NCBI GenBank assembly: GCA_035628635.1
Contig: DASPJJ010000033.1
Coordinates: 128,889-192,888 of the forward strand
Length of the DNA stretch: 64,000 nt
From: Allosphingosinicella sp.
GTDB lineage: Bacteria; Pseudomonadota; Alphaproteobacteria; Sphingomonadales; Sphingomonadaceae
Direction: 5' to 3'
How positions within the stretch are numbered: the stretch's first letter is position 1; every line of letters begins with the position of its first letter. The notes under the pieces are model-generated. The model was not told the DNA's origin. It saw only the letters and a program-made list of their open reading frames with translations, and searched no databases. This document shows, one piece after another, positions 1 through 9,231 of the stretch. Made by a program: the position numbers and the translations under genes.

Positions 1-651
1 CCACTGCCAGGTGCTGGACATCAAACGATAAGCAAGATTCTCCGTGATCTGCATGAATACAAGCTGTTCGGGAAATGAGCGTGGCGCGTTGTTGCTTACG
101 AAGCTGCTGAACAGCCCCCAAAACGCTGTTTCGTCGTCGCCCAGCCGCCAGGCTTCGATGACCTTTTGCGCCTCGGGCGTGTTGAGCGCGGGGAATGAGT
201 TGGACGCGGCCTCATCCTCAAGCTCCGCGTGAGCGCCGGCGCCCGCTTTGATAAGGGCGAGCATCGCATTGACGGCGCCGATTATGCCAAAAACAGCAAA
301 AAGGTAACGAACCTTTAGATTGTTAAGTACCGTCTCCTGAGGAGCGACGCGTCGCAATTCCTCCCTGATGATCGTCCGGATTTGCTCAGCGGTCACTCGG
401 CCTGGATCAGGAGCATCCGCCTCAAACGGATTATCAACGTCGCCGTTAGGGAGTTGCGCTTCGAGATCGATCTGTTCCTGATCTGCCACGGCACTGAGCT
501 GCTGAACGGCGACATCAGCAGCCGCTGAAACCTCCTGCGACCGGGCCTGCTGCGTAGGATCCCAGTGAGATTTCTCTTCCTCTACATCTTCTTGATTCTG
601 GGCTTCATCCTCATGGTCCGACGGTAATTCCTCTTCTAGATCGTCGTCCAT
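1..651 (-). CDS. Hypothetical protein, truncated by the left edge; acidic N-terminus, one hydrophobic segment
   Basis: Manual translation from ATG 651 (MDDDLEEELPSDHEDEAQ...YLFAVFGIIGAVNAMLALI...) stays open to position 1; GAGGGAGGGG SD upstream; absent from the ORF track because it is incomplete; visibly lower GC. Confidence 0.7.
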   Translation of the reverse strand, partial: MDDDLEEELPSDHEDEAQNQEDVEEEKSHWDPTQQARSQEVSAAADVAVQQLSAVADQEQIDLEAQLPNGDVDNPFEADAPDPGRVTAEQIRTIIREELRRVAPQETVLNNLKVRYLFAVFGIIGAVNAMLALIKAGAGAHAELEDEAASNSFPALNTPEAQKVIEAWRLGDDETAFWGLFSSFVSNNAPRSFPEQLVFMQITENLAYRLMSSTWQW

Positions 652-861
652 GGCCCCCTCCCTCATTCAAGTCTTGCTGGATACATTGCTGATAGACCAT
701 CTTTGCCTTGGTGAGTCAATTTTTGACTCCGGAAGTGCTATGACAACTCGCAATGCTCCGGACACCTGATTTGGGTCCTCGCACCAACCGACCGATTGGG
801 GATGATGCCCGTTCATCACCTCCCCGTTGCCTTTCCCGCCGCTCCCCCCGATCTATGGGCC

Positions 862-3375
862 GTGATCGACTCCTCGCCGCTGAAGGCCGTGCTGGGCCCC
901 ACCAACACCGGCAAGACGCACCTCGCGGTCGAGCGTATGGCGGCGCATTCCTCGGGCATGATCGGCTTCCCGCTGCGCCTGCTCGCGCGCGAGGTCTACG
1001 ACCGGGTCGTGAGGATGAAGGGGCCGGGGCAGGTCGCCTTGCTCACAGGCGAGGAGAAGATCCTGCCGAAGGACGCGCGGTGGTTCCTGTGCACCGCCGA
1101 ATCGATGCCTATTCACAAGGACCTGGCCTTCGTCGCGGTCGACGAGGCGCAGCTCGGCGCCGACCGCGAGCGCGGCCATGTCTTCACCGATCGGATGCTC
1201 CACGCCCGCGGCCGCGAGGAGACGATGATCCTGGGCTCCGAGAGCCTCGCGCCGATGGTCCGCGCCTTGCTCCCCAAGGCGGAGATCATCGGGCGGCCGC
1301 GCTTCTCGACCCTCTCCTACGCGGGCTCGTCGAAGCTCTCTCGCCTGCCGCCGCGTTCGGCCGTCGTCGCCTTTTCGGCCGAGCAGGTCTATGCCGTCGC
1401 CGAGATGCTGCGCCGGATGCGCGGCGGCGCCGCGGTGGTGATGGGCGCGCTCTCCCCGCGCACCCGCAACGCCCAGGTGGCCATGTACCAGGCCGGGGAG
1501 GTCGATTACCTGGTCGCGACTGACGCGATCGGCATGGGGCTCAACATGGACGTGAGCCACGTCGCCTTTGCGGGCCTCTCCAAGTTCGACGGCAACCGCC
1601 GCCGCCGCCTCTCGCCGGCCGAGATGGCGCAGATCGCCGGCCGCGCCGGGCGCCACCACAAGGACGGGACCTTCGGCGCGCTCACCGTCGATGGCGAGCA
1701 TAATGCCGAGTTCCGCCCCGAGGAGATCGAGGCGATCGAGGAGCACCGCTTCGCCCCTCTCGAGCACCTCTACTGGCGCGAGGGCGACCCGGACATGCGC
1801 AGCCTCGAGGCGCTGATCCGCGACCTCGAGCGGCGGCCCGACCGGCCCGGGCTGAGGGGCGCCCCGGAAGCGATCGACCTTGCCGTGCTGAAGCGCGTCG
1901 CCGGCGATTCCGAGATCGTCGAACGTGCGAAGGGCGAAGAGCGCGTCCGCCGCCTCTGGGCCGCCTGCGGCCTCCCCGACTTTCGCAAGACCGGGCCCGA
2001 TTTCCACGCGCGCCTGGTGTCGCGAATCTACCTCTATCTGTCGGAGGGCGACGGTCGCATCCCCCATAGCTGGTACGCCGAGCAGGTCGCCCGGCTCGAC
2101 AACGTCCAGGGCGACATCGACGCGCTCGCGGACCGAATCGCGGGGGTGCGCACCTGGGCCTATATCGCCCACCGCGCCGACTGGCTCAAAGACCCCGAGA
2201 CGATGGCCGAGCGCACCCGCGAGGTCGAGGAGAGGCTCTCGGACGCGCTCCACGAGCGGCTCACCCAGCGCTTCGTCGATCGGCGGACCTCGGTGCTGAT
2301 GCGCCAGCTCGGCGGCAAGGGCGCGGCCGAGTTCCCGGTGCTGGTCGACGACGAGGGCGAGGTGACCGTCGGCTCCTACCCGATCGGGCGCATGGAGGGC
2401 TTCGCGTTCGAGGTCGATCCCGCCGCGCGCCACGCCGACCGCAAGATGCTGCTCGCGACCGCGGAGCGGCGCCTGGGCGGCGAATATGAGAAGCGCGCCG
2501 CCGCCCTGGTCGCCGACACCGACGACCATTTCAGCCTCCGCACCGATGCAGGGGCGGCGGTTGCAATCCTCTGGCGCGGCCACGAGGTCGCGCGGCTCGG
2601 GCCCGGCAAGAACCTGCTCTCGCCGCGCATCAATCTGGACCGGCGGATCGCGCGCGTATCGGACCGGGGTCGGGAAGCGGTGGTCGAGCGCCTCAAGAAC
2701 TGGGTCCGCAGCCAGGTCGAGCATTGGCTCGCTCCGCTCCGTCGCGCAGGCGCGGCCGCCCAGGACGCGGCGAACCCCGCCGCCGTGCGCTCGATCCTGG
2801 CCCTGCTGGTCGACGAGGGCGGCATCGTCCCGCGCGACGCCGTCGCGAGGCCGCTCTCCTTGCTCGACCGGGACCAGCGCCGCACCGTCACCGCCTTTCG
2901 CGTCCGCATCGGCGCGCTCGACCTTTTCATGCCCGATGTGCTGAAGCCCGAGGCCATGCGCTGGCGCACCGCCTTGCGGGCTGCCGCGGGCAACGAACCC
3001 ATGTCGGCTCTGCCGCCGCCCTCGAGCGTCCTCCTGCCGGCCCCCGCCGCCGGCGAGCAGCGCGCCCTGCTCGGCAGGCTCGGATTCCGGCCGCTCGGGC
3101 CGCAAATGCTGCGTGTCGACATGGTCGAGCGGCTCGCGCGCCACGCCCACGAGGTCCGCACCGGCGCTGACGGCACGCCCGTCGACGAGGCGCTGGTCAC
3201 CTCCCTCGGCCTGCAGCCCCCGGCGCTCGCCAGGCTGATGCGCGACCTCGGCTTCCGTCGTGCCGACGAGACCGCACCCTGGACGTGGCGCGGCCGCTCT
3301 CGCCGCCGCGTGAATAAGGCACCCGAGGACCCGTCCCACGCCTTCGCCGCCCTGTCCGCGCTGCGCCGTGGCTGA
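862..3375 (+). CDS. SUV3/MgpS-like ATP-dependent helicase
   Basis: GPTNTGKT Walker A, DEAQ, ATDAIGMGLN, QIAGRAGR; start uncertain (GTG 862 or upstream ATG 802/805). Confidence 0.9.
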   Translation: MIDSSPLKAVLGPTNTGKTHLAVERMAAHSSGMIGFPLRLLAREVYDRVVRMKGPGQVALLTGEEKILPKDARWFLCTAESMPIHKDLAFVAVDEAQLGADRERGHVFTDRMLHARGREETMILGSESLAPMVRALLPKAEIIGRPRFSTLSYAGSSKLSRLPPRSAVVAFSAEQVYAVAEMLRRMRGGAAVVMGALSPRTRNAQVAMYQAGEVDYLVATDAIGMGLNMDVSHVAFAGLSKFDGNRRRRLSPAEMAQIAGRAGRHHKDGTFGALTVDGEHNAEFRPEEIEAIEEHRFAPLEHLYWREGDPDMRSLEALIRDLERRPDRPGLRGAPEAIDLAVLKRVAGDSEIVERAKGEERVRRLWAACGLPDFRKTGPDFHARLVSRIYLYLSEGDGRIPHSWYAEQVARLDNVQGDIDALADRIAGVRTWAYIAHRADWLKDPETMAERTREVEERLSDALHERLTQRFVDRRTSVLMRQLGGKGAAEFPVLVDDEGEVTVGSYPIGRMEGFAFEVDPAARHADRKMLLATAERRLGGEYEKRAAALVADTDDHFSLRTDAGAAVAILWRGHEVARLGPGKNLLSPRINLDRRIARVSDRGREAVVERLKNWVRSQVEHWLAPLRRAGAAAQDAANPAAVRSILALLVDEGGIVPRDAVARPLSLLDRDQRRTVTAFRVRIGALDLFMPDVLKPEAMRWRTALRAAAGNEPMSALPPPSSVLLPAPAAGEQRALLGRLGFRPLGPQMLRVDMVERLARHAHEVRTGADGTPVDEALVTSLGLQPPALARLMRDLGFRRADETAPWTWRGRSRRRVNKAPEDPSHAFAALSALRRG

Positions 3376-3670
3376 CACGATCCGCCTCGACAAGTTCCTG
3401 TGGTTCGCGCGGATCGTGAAGACCCGAGCCCTGGCCCAGGCGCTCGCCGAACAGGGCCGCATCCGCATCGCCGGCCGCGTCGCCGACCGCGCCCACGCGC
3501 CGGTGCGCGTCGGCGACGTGCTGAGTTTCGCGCGGCGGGGCGCGGTGCGCGTGCTTCAGATCGATGCGCTGCCGACCCGCCGCGGCCCGCCGGCCGAGGC
3601 GCGCGCGCTCTACACCGACCTCTCGGAAGCGACCGCTGCGACGTTGACGAGCGAAGGGGGCGGCGACTAG
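3368..3670 (+). CDS. RNA-binding S4 domain protein (Hsp15-like)
   Basis: [15 protein letters not shown] motif, [12 protein letters not shown]. Confidence 0.9.
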   Translation: MADTIRLDKFLWFARIVKTRALAQALAEQGRIRIAGRVADRAHAPVRVGDVLSFARRGAVRVLQIDALPTRRGPPAEARALYTDLSEATAATLTSEGGGD

Positions 3671-3696
3671 GGATTCCGCGCGCCCCGGAGAAGCCC

Positions 3697-4035
3697 ATGA
3701 CCTACGTCGTCACCGATGCCTGCATCCGCTGCAAATATATGGACTGCGTCGAGGTCTGCCCGGTCGACTGCTTCTACGAGGGCGAGAACATGCTCGTCAT
3801 CAACCCGAGCGAATGCATCGACTGCGGCGTCTGCGAGCCAGAATGCCCGGCCGAGGCCATCCTGCCCGACACCGAGGCCGGGCTCGAAAAGTGGCTCGAG
3901 GTCAACGCAACCTATTCCTCCGAATGGCCGAACATCACGCGCAAGAAGGATTCCCCTGCGGACGCCGACGAGCACAAGGGCGAAGAAGGCAAGTTCGACA
4001 AATATTTTTCCGCCACGCCCGGCGAAGGCGACTGA
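3697..4035 (+). CDS. fdxA: Ferredoxin FdxA (7Fe type)
   Basis: [26 protein letters not shown]...[12 protein letters not shown]; GGAG SD. Confidence 0.95.
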   Translation: MTYVVTDACIRCKYMDCVEVCPVDCFYEGENMLVINPSECIDCGVCEPECPAEAILPDTEAGLEKWLEVNATYSSEWPNITRKKDSPADADEHKGEEGKFDKYFSATPGEGD

Positions 4036-4270
4036 CGCACCTTCGACCCGCCCCTGCCGTTCCGTCTCACTCTGCAACGGTTCGCCGCGGGCGCTTCCTC
4101 CAAAAGGGTAGCTTTTCCCGCCGTTTTGGATTATAAGGCTCGTCATCGCAGCGGACGCCGCGTCCGCTCATGGTGGTCCAAGAGAGAATCGCCGCAAATC
4201 ACTGTCCAAGCGTCTCGGGGGGCGGATGCAGTCCGACACGGTTTTGCGGTATCCAAAGGAAGGCAATTAG

Positions 4271-4804
4271 ATGGCAGCGAAGGCGCTCAGCTTCGACGTT
4301 GGCGATTATGTTGTGTACCCCAAGCACGGCGTCGGCCGTGTCGTGGAGCTTCAGAGCACGGACATTGCTGGAATGCAGCTCGAGCTCTACGTGCTGCGCT
4401 TCGAGAAAGAGAAGATGACGCTGCGCGTTCCGACCAACAAGGCGGAGAGCGTCGGCATGCGCAAGCTGTCGTCCGACAAGACGATGCAGGAAGCGATGGC
4501 GACGCTGAAGGGCAAGCCGAAGGTGAAGCGCACCATGTGGTCGCGCCGTGCCCAGGAATATGAGGCGAAGATCAATTCGGGCGACCTGGTGTCGATCGCC
4601 GAGGTGACCCGCGACCTGTTCCGCGCCGACGACCAGCCCGAGCAGAGCTATTCGGAGCGGCAGATCTTCGAGGCCGCCTCGAGCCGCCTCGCCCGCGAGC
4701 TCGCCGCGGTCGAGCAGGTCGACGAGCCCAAGGCGCTCGAGAAGATCCTCGAGATCCTGAACAAGGCGGCCGCCGTCTACAACAAGGAGAAGGCGCTGGC
4801 CTGA
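4271..4804 (+). CDS. carD: CarD/CdnL family transcription factor
   Basis: FDVGDYVVYPKHGVG, WSRRAQEYEAKINSGD. Confidence 0.95.
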   Translation: MAAKALSFDVGDYVVYPKHGVGRVVELQSTDIAGMQLELYVLRFEKEKMTLRVPTNKAESVGMRKLSSDKTMQEAMATLKGKPKVKRTMWSRRAQEYEAKINSGDLVSIAEVTRDLFRADDQPEQSYSERQIFEAASSRLARELAAVEQVDEPKALEKILEILNKAAAVYNKEKALA

Positions 4805-4850
4805 GGCCCGCGTCCGATCGGCTTGCCTCCCGCTTGCGGGAGGCCGGGAG

Positions 4851-4878
4851 AGGCGGTCCGGAGACGGGCCGCCTTTTT
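4851..4878 (+). terminator. Intrinsic terminator after carD
   Basis: GGCGGTCCG-GAGA-CGGGCCGCC hairpin followed by a T-run. Confidence 0.8.
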
Positions 4879-4899
4879 CATTTGCGTCTCCCGCCGCAC

Positions 4900-4923
4900 C
4901 TGTGTATTAGATAGATAACACAG
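4900..4923. promoter_or_regulatory. Palindromic operator, YtrA/GntR-like
   Basis: CTGTGTATTAGATAGATAACACAG, AT-rich dyad just upstream of the GGGAGG SD of the GIN gene. Confidence 0.5.
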
Positions 4924-4937
4924 CGGGAGGCGATGAC

Positions 4938-5669
4938 ATGCGCGGCAGGGCGTTGGCGATGGGTTCGGCATTGGCGATGGCCCTGGCCGGGTGCAGCGCC
5001 GGTGCCCAGGAGGGCAACGCCCACCGTGCGACGGCGCAGCGCGCCTTTGAGGTCGGGGCGTTCCGATCGATCTCGCTCGCCGGCTCGCCGGAGGTGATCG
5101 TCACCGTCGGCGGCGCACCTTCGGTCCGCGCCGAGGGCGACTCGCGCATGATCGAGCGGCTGGAAATCCGGGTCGAGGACGGCGATCTCCGGATCGGCTA
5201 TCGCCAGAGATCGAGCTGGAGCTTCGGCCGCCACGGCAACGTCACCGTCCACGTCACCGTGCCCGCGCTCGCCGCGGCGACGGTCACCGGCTCCGGCGAC
5301 ATGCGCATCGACCGCGTCCAAAGCGATCGCTTCGCCGCCACGGTCACCGGCTCGGGCGGCCTCGATCTCGGCCGGGTCGAGGCGGGCGAGACCAGCTTCA
5401 GCGTCACCGGCTCCGGCGGGATCCGCGCCGTGGGCCGCGCCCAGCGCGCGCACATCGAGCTCAACGGCTCGGGCGACGTGGATCTCGGCGCGCTCGAGAT
5501 CCGCGACGCCACCGTTTCGGTCCACGGCTCCGGCGACGTCACCGCCAAGGCGATGCAGGCCGCGCGCGTGACCCTGATGGGCTCGGGCGACGTCTCGATC
5601 ACCGGCCCGGCGCGCTGCCAGGTCGAAAAGCGCGGCTCGGGCGACGTGCGCTGCGGCGCCCACGGCTGA
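4938..5669 (+). CDS. Head GIN domain (DUF2807) lipoprotein
   Basis: LAGC lipobox; repeated xxGSGD beta-helix units. Confidence 0.85.
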   Translation: MRGRALAMGSALAMALAGCSAGAQEGNAHRATAQRAFEVGAFRSISLAGSPEVIVTVGGAPSVRAEGDSRMIERLEIRVEDGDLRIGYRQRSSWSFGRHGNVTVHVTVPALAAATVTGSGDMRIDRVQSDRFAATVTGSGGLDLGRVEAGETSFSVTGSGGIRAVGRAQRAHIELNGSGDVDLGALEIRDATVSVHGSGDVTAKAMQAARVTLMGSGDVSITGPARCQVEKRGSGDVRCGAHG

Positions 5670-5720
5670 TGCGCCCGAAAACTTATTGACCGTTAACCAT
5701 TTGCGGCCATGCTCCCGGCC

Positions 5721-6428
5721 ATGAACAAGATCATGGCCGCCCTGGCGCTCGCCTGCGCCTTCGCCGCACCAGCCGCGGCCGCCGAGCGCACCTACAGCGT
5801 CACCGACTTCGACCGGGTGCGGATCGAAGGCCCGTTCACCGTCCGCCTGACCAGCGGTCGCCCCGCGGCGGCCTCGGCGACCGGATCGCCGCAAGCGCTC
5901 GACCGGGTCTCGATCGCCGTCGAAAGCGGAATCCTGAGCATCCGGCCGAACCGCTCCGCCTGGAGCGCCGATCCGGGCGCGGCGTCAGGCCCCGTCGCGA
6001 TCGAGATTTCGACCCGTGCCGTTCGCGCCGCGACCGTCCTCGGCGCAGGCAGCCTCGCCATCGACCGTGCCTCCGGCATGCGCGTCGACCTCACCGTCGA
6101 GGGATCGGGGCGGATCGCCGTTCCCGCCGTCGCCGTCGACCGCCTCGTCGTCGGCATGATCGGCTCGGGCCGCATCCAGGTTGCGGGCACGGCGGCTGAC
6201 CTTCGCGCCAGCGTCCACGGCTGGGCCGATTTCGATGCCGGCGCCCTCCGCGCCCAGGCCGCGCAGATCGTCACCGACAGCGCCGGCCGCATCGCCGTCG
6301 GCGTCGAGCGCGAGGCGAGGGTGACCGCCTCGGGAATCGGCGACGTCGAGATCGTCGGCAGCCCGGCCTGCACCCTCCGCGGCGCCAGCGCCGCCCAGGT
6401 GCGGTGCGGCAGCGCGCCGAGGCGCTAG
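5721..6428 (+). CDS. GIN domain (DUF2807) secreted protein
   Basis: Signal peptide, VTDFDRVRIEGPFTV, GSG repeats; start 5709 or 5721. Confidence 0.8.
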   Translation: MNKIMAALALACAFAAPAAAAERTYSVTDFDRVRIEGPFTVRLTSGRPAAASATGSPQALDRVSIAVESGILSIRPNRSAWSADPGAASGPVAIEISTRAVRAATVLGAGSLAIDRASGMRVDLTVEGSGRIAVPAVAVDRLVVGMIGSGRIQVAGTAADLRASVHGWADFDAGALRAQAAQIVTDSAGRIAVGVEREARVTASGIGDVEIVGSPACTLRGASAAQVRCGSAPRR

Positions 6429-6429
6429 A

Positions 6430-6540
6430 AGCCCCTCCCCTTGAGGGGGAGGGGTTTGGGGAGGGGTGGACCTTTCGAAAAATCACCGCGCTCCATTGAC
6501 TCCACCCCCACCCCGCCCTCCCCCCTCAAGGGGGAGGGAG
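6430..6540. repeat. Palindromic element family A (CCCCTCCCCTTGAGGGGGAGGGG...CCCTCCCCCCTCAAGGGGGAGGG)
   Basis: Two terminal hairpins in inverted arrangement between convergent genes; related copies at 18701, 44269, 48273. Confidence 0.85.
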
Positions 6541-6541
6541 T

Positions 6542-6967
6542 CTAGATCAGCGCCAGCCCCGCCAGCTTCATTGATAACAAGGGCGGAAGCGCCAGCAGCC
6601 CGTCGTCGTCGCCGTCGAGGTCCGCGGGCGCGTCGGCGGCGGCGAGGTAGCGCCAGCCCTGGTGCGCCCGCTTCGGCCGCGCCCTGACCGGGACCAGCAC
6701 CGGATCGAGCCGGATGATCGTCTTGCGGTCCTCCTCGCGGCTCGCAAAGCCGAGGATGATCTGCCGCGCCGTGATGCGGTGCTTCACGATCCAGTATAGC
6801 GACCCACCGACCAACTCCTCGGCGCGCTTGGGCATGAATCGCGTGACGATCGGCACGACGCCGTCGGCGAGGCGGAGCCTCTGCCGCACGGCGAGCGCGT
6901 CGAGGCTGCCGCACCCGACCGCGACCTTGCTCATGTTGAGAGGTGAGGGACAGTTACTTTTCCGCAC
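6542..6967 (-). CDS. DUF1489 family protein
   Basis: PLNMSKVAVGC, TRFMPKRAEELVGGSLYW, QGWRYL; start GTG 6967 or ATG 6934. Confidence 0.85.
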   Translation of the reverse strand: MRKSNCPSPLNMSKVAVGCGSLDALAVRQRLRLADGVVPIVTRFMPKRAEELVGGSLYWIVKHRITARQIILGFASREEDRKTIIRLDPVLVPVRARPKRAHQGWRYLAAADAPADLDGDDDGLLALPPLLSMKLAGLALI

Positions 6968-7094
6968 GATCTCCGCAGCTTAGCATCGCCGTGCGAAAAA
7001 GTAACCGTCCCCTTTCGACCGCGGAGAGGGGACAGTTACTTTCTCGCAGGATCTCCGCAGCTTGGCGGCGCGGCGCGTGAAAGTAACTGTCCCC
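6947..7094. repeat. Tandem pair of palindromic elements, family B (GGGACAGTTACTTT...AAAGTAACYGTCCCC)
   Basis: Units 6947-7012 and 7028-7094 share terminal inverted repeats and an internal GATCTCCGCAGCTT. Confidence 0.85.
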
Positions 7095-7096
7095 AT

Positions 7097-8509
7097 TCAC
7101 CCCACGACCCCGGACGCGCTTGCGAGCCCGAGGAAGACCAGGAATCCCATCGAATCGGTGACCATGGTGACGAACACCGAGGACGCCACCGCGGGGTCAG
7201 CGCCCGCCCGGTCGAGCGCCAGCGGAAGCATGACCCCGGCGAAGCCGGCGATCATGATGTTGGTCATCATCGCCGCCGCGATGACCGCGCCGAGCAAGGC
7301 GTTGCCGAAGAACAAGGTGACTCCGACGCCGATCAGCAAGGCGACGGTCACCCCGTTGAGGCAGGCGACGCGGATCTCGCGAGTCACCGCCCGCACCGTG
7401 TTCGATTTGGTGAGCTGGTTCGTCGCCAGCGCGCGGACCGTGACCGCAAGCGTCTGCGTACCCGCATTGCCGCCGACGCCGGCGACGATCGGCATCAGCG
7501 CCGCCAGCGCCACCATCCGCGAGATCGTCCCTTCGAACAGGCCGATGATCGTCGCCGCGACCAGGGCCGTGCCGAGATTGGCGATCAGCCAGCGCACCCG
7601 CGACTTGTAGCTGTCGATGACGGGCTCGTTGATGTCGCCTTCGCCGACGCCCGACAGCAGCAGCACGTCCTCGGAGGCTTCCTCCTGGATGATGTGGACG
7701 ATGTCGTCGACGGTGATCATGCCCACCAGCCGCCCGGACTGGTCGACCACCGCAGCCGAGATGAGCGCATATTTCTGGAAGCGCAGCGCGACCTCTTCCT
7801 GGTCCATGTCGACGGGTATCAGGGTCTGCTCGCGCTGCATGATCTCGGCGACGGGGACCTTGCGCTGCGTCCTGAGGATGCGGCTGAGCGGCATGGTCCC
7901 GACCGGATGGTGGCGCCCGTCGACGACGAACACTTCCCAGAAGTCGTGGGCGAGCTCTTCGCCGGAGCGCAGCCAGTCGATCACATGCCCGACCGTCCAA
8001 TGCTCCGGCACGGCGATCAGGTCGCGCTGCATCAGCCTTCCGGCCGATTCCTCCGGGAAGGACAGGGCCTCCTCGATCGCCGCGCGGTCGTCCGGATCGA
8101 GGGCGCGCAGGACCGCCCTCTGCTCGTCCTCCTCGAGATCCTCGATCATGGCGACGGCGTCGTCCGTCTCCATTTCGCCGGCGATCTCGGCGACCGCGGC
8201 CGGTTCGAGCGCGTCGACCAGCTCCTCGCGGACCCAGTCGTTCATCTCCGCGAGGACGTCGGCGTCGAGCTCGTCGGCGATCGCCGCGGCGAGCGCGCGC
8301 CGGTCGTCGGAATCGATCAGCTCGAACAGGTCGGCGAGGTCGGCCGGGTGCAGCGGTTCGATGACCGCGCGCGCCGCCTCGTGGTTGCCGGCCTCGACGA
8401 GGTCCATCACCATCTCGACGAATTCGGGCTTCAGCCGGTCGTCGGCGTCGAGCCGGTCCTCGGCGGTCGGCAGGGCCCCGTCGCGGGTTTCGAGTTCGCT
8501 GTCGCTCAT
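7097..8509 (-). CDS. mgtE: Magnesium transporter MgtE
   Basis: Acidic N-domain, CBS pair, GGNAGTQT, DPAVASSVFVTMVTD. Confidence 0.95.
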   Translation of the reverse strand: MSDSELETRDGALPTAEDRLDADDRLKPEFVEMVMDLVEAGNHEAARAVIEPLHPADLADLFELIDSDDRRALAAAIADELDADVLAEMNDWVREELVDALEPAAVAEIAGEMETDDAVAMIEDLEEDEQRAVLRALDPDDRAAIEEALSFPEESAGRLMQRDLIAVPEHWTVGHVIDWLRSGEELAHDFWEVFVVDGRHHPVGTMPLSRILRTQRKVPVAEIMQREQTLIPVDMDQEEVALRFQKYALISAAVVDQSGRLVGMITVDDIVHIIQEEASEDVLLLSGVGEGDINEPVIDSYKSRVRWLIANLGTALVAATIIGLFEGTISRMVALAALMPIVAGVGGNAGTQTLAVTVRALATNQLTKSNTVRAVTREIRVACLNGVTVALLIGVGVTLFFGNALLGAVIAAAMMTNIMIAGFAGVMLPLALDRAGADPAVASSVFVTMVTDSMGFLVFLGLASASGVVG

Positions 8510-8624
8510 CGCCTCTCCCCGCTGGAGCCTTGTGGTGCCCGCTTCCTAGGCCGGGCCTTTCGCGCTGTCGATACGGGCTGGCGCCGGCTGCGCGGCCCAC
8601 GTAGAGCGGCCCCGATCGACAGCT

Positions 8625-8746
8625 CCCCCGTTCGTCCTGAGTAGGGACCGAGTAGGCGAAGCCGTATCGAGGGCCCGTATCGAAGGATCTGATCCCTCGA
8701 TACGCCGTCTCGACTTCGCTCGACGGCTACTCGGGACGAACGGGGG
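8625..8746. repeat. Palindromic REP-like element, family C (CCGTTCGTCCTGAG...CTCGGGACGAACGG)
   Basis: Terminal inverted repeats CCCCCGTTCGTCCTGAGTAG / CTACTCGGGACGAACGGGGG with internal CGTATCGA repeats. Confidence 0.8.
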
Positions 8747-8767
8747 CTAATCCGGGAGACCTTTTCC

Positions 8768-9229
8768 ATGTCCAACGAGCTCAACACCCTCGTCCTCAAT
8801 CTCGATTCCGGCGGCGACGTCGTCATCCGCCTTCGGCCCGATCTCGCCCCGGGCCATGTCGCGCGGATCAAGGAGCTGGTCGAGGAGGGCTTCTACGACA
8901 ATGTCGTCTTCCACCGCGTCATCCCGGGCTTCATGGCCCAGGGCGGCGATCCCTCGGGCACCGGCCGCGGCGGCTCGGACAAGGCGAACCTGCGCGCCGA
9001 ATTCTCCGCCGAGCCGCACGTCCGCGGCGCCGTCTCGATGGCGCGCACCAACGACCCGAACAGCGCCAACAGCCAGTTCTTCATCTGCACCGACGACGCC
9101 ACCTTCCTCGACCGCCAGTACACCGTGTGGGGCAACGTCGTCGAAGGCATGGAGCATGTCGACGCGCTTCCCAAGGGCGAGCCGCCGCGCGAGCCGGGCA
9201 AGATCGTCAAGGCGAGCCTGAGGCCCTGA
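8768..9229 (+). CDS. Cyclophilin-type peptidyl-prolyl isomerase
   Basis: FHRVIPGFMAQGGDP, SMART, SANSQFFI. Confidence 0.95.
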   Translation: MSNELNTLVLNLDSGGDVVIRLRPDLAPGHVARIKELVEEGFYDNVVFHRVIPGFMAQGGDPSGTGRGGSDKANLRAEFSAEPHVRGAVSMARTNDPNSANSQFFICTDDATFLDRQYTVWGNVVEGMEHVDALPKGEPPREPGKIVKASLRP

Positions 9230-9231
9230 AC

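Noticed and set aside
4180-4255. Possible stem CCGCAAA/TTTGCGG in the carD leader
   Set aside because: One modest helix; insufficient without covariation data
4826-4843. Short palindrome CCTCCCGCTTGCGGGAGG after carD
   Set aside because: Single small hairpin, probably a repeat remnant; too little to call
5250-5660. Recurring GGCTCGGGCGAC/GGCTCCGGCGAC units
   Set aside because: Explained by the GSGD repeats of the GIN protein
6947-7094. Possible mini-CRISPR
   Set aside because: Repeats are inverted pairs with similar interiors; no unique spacers and no cas genes
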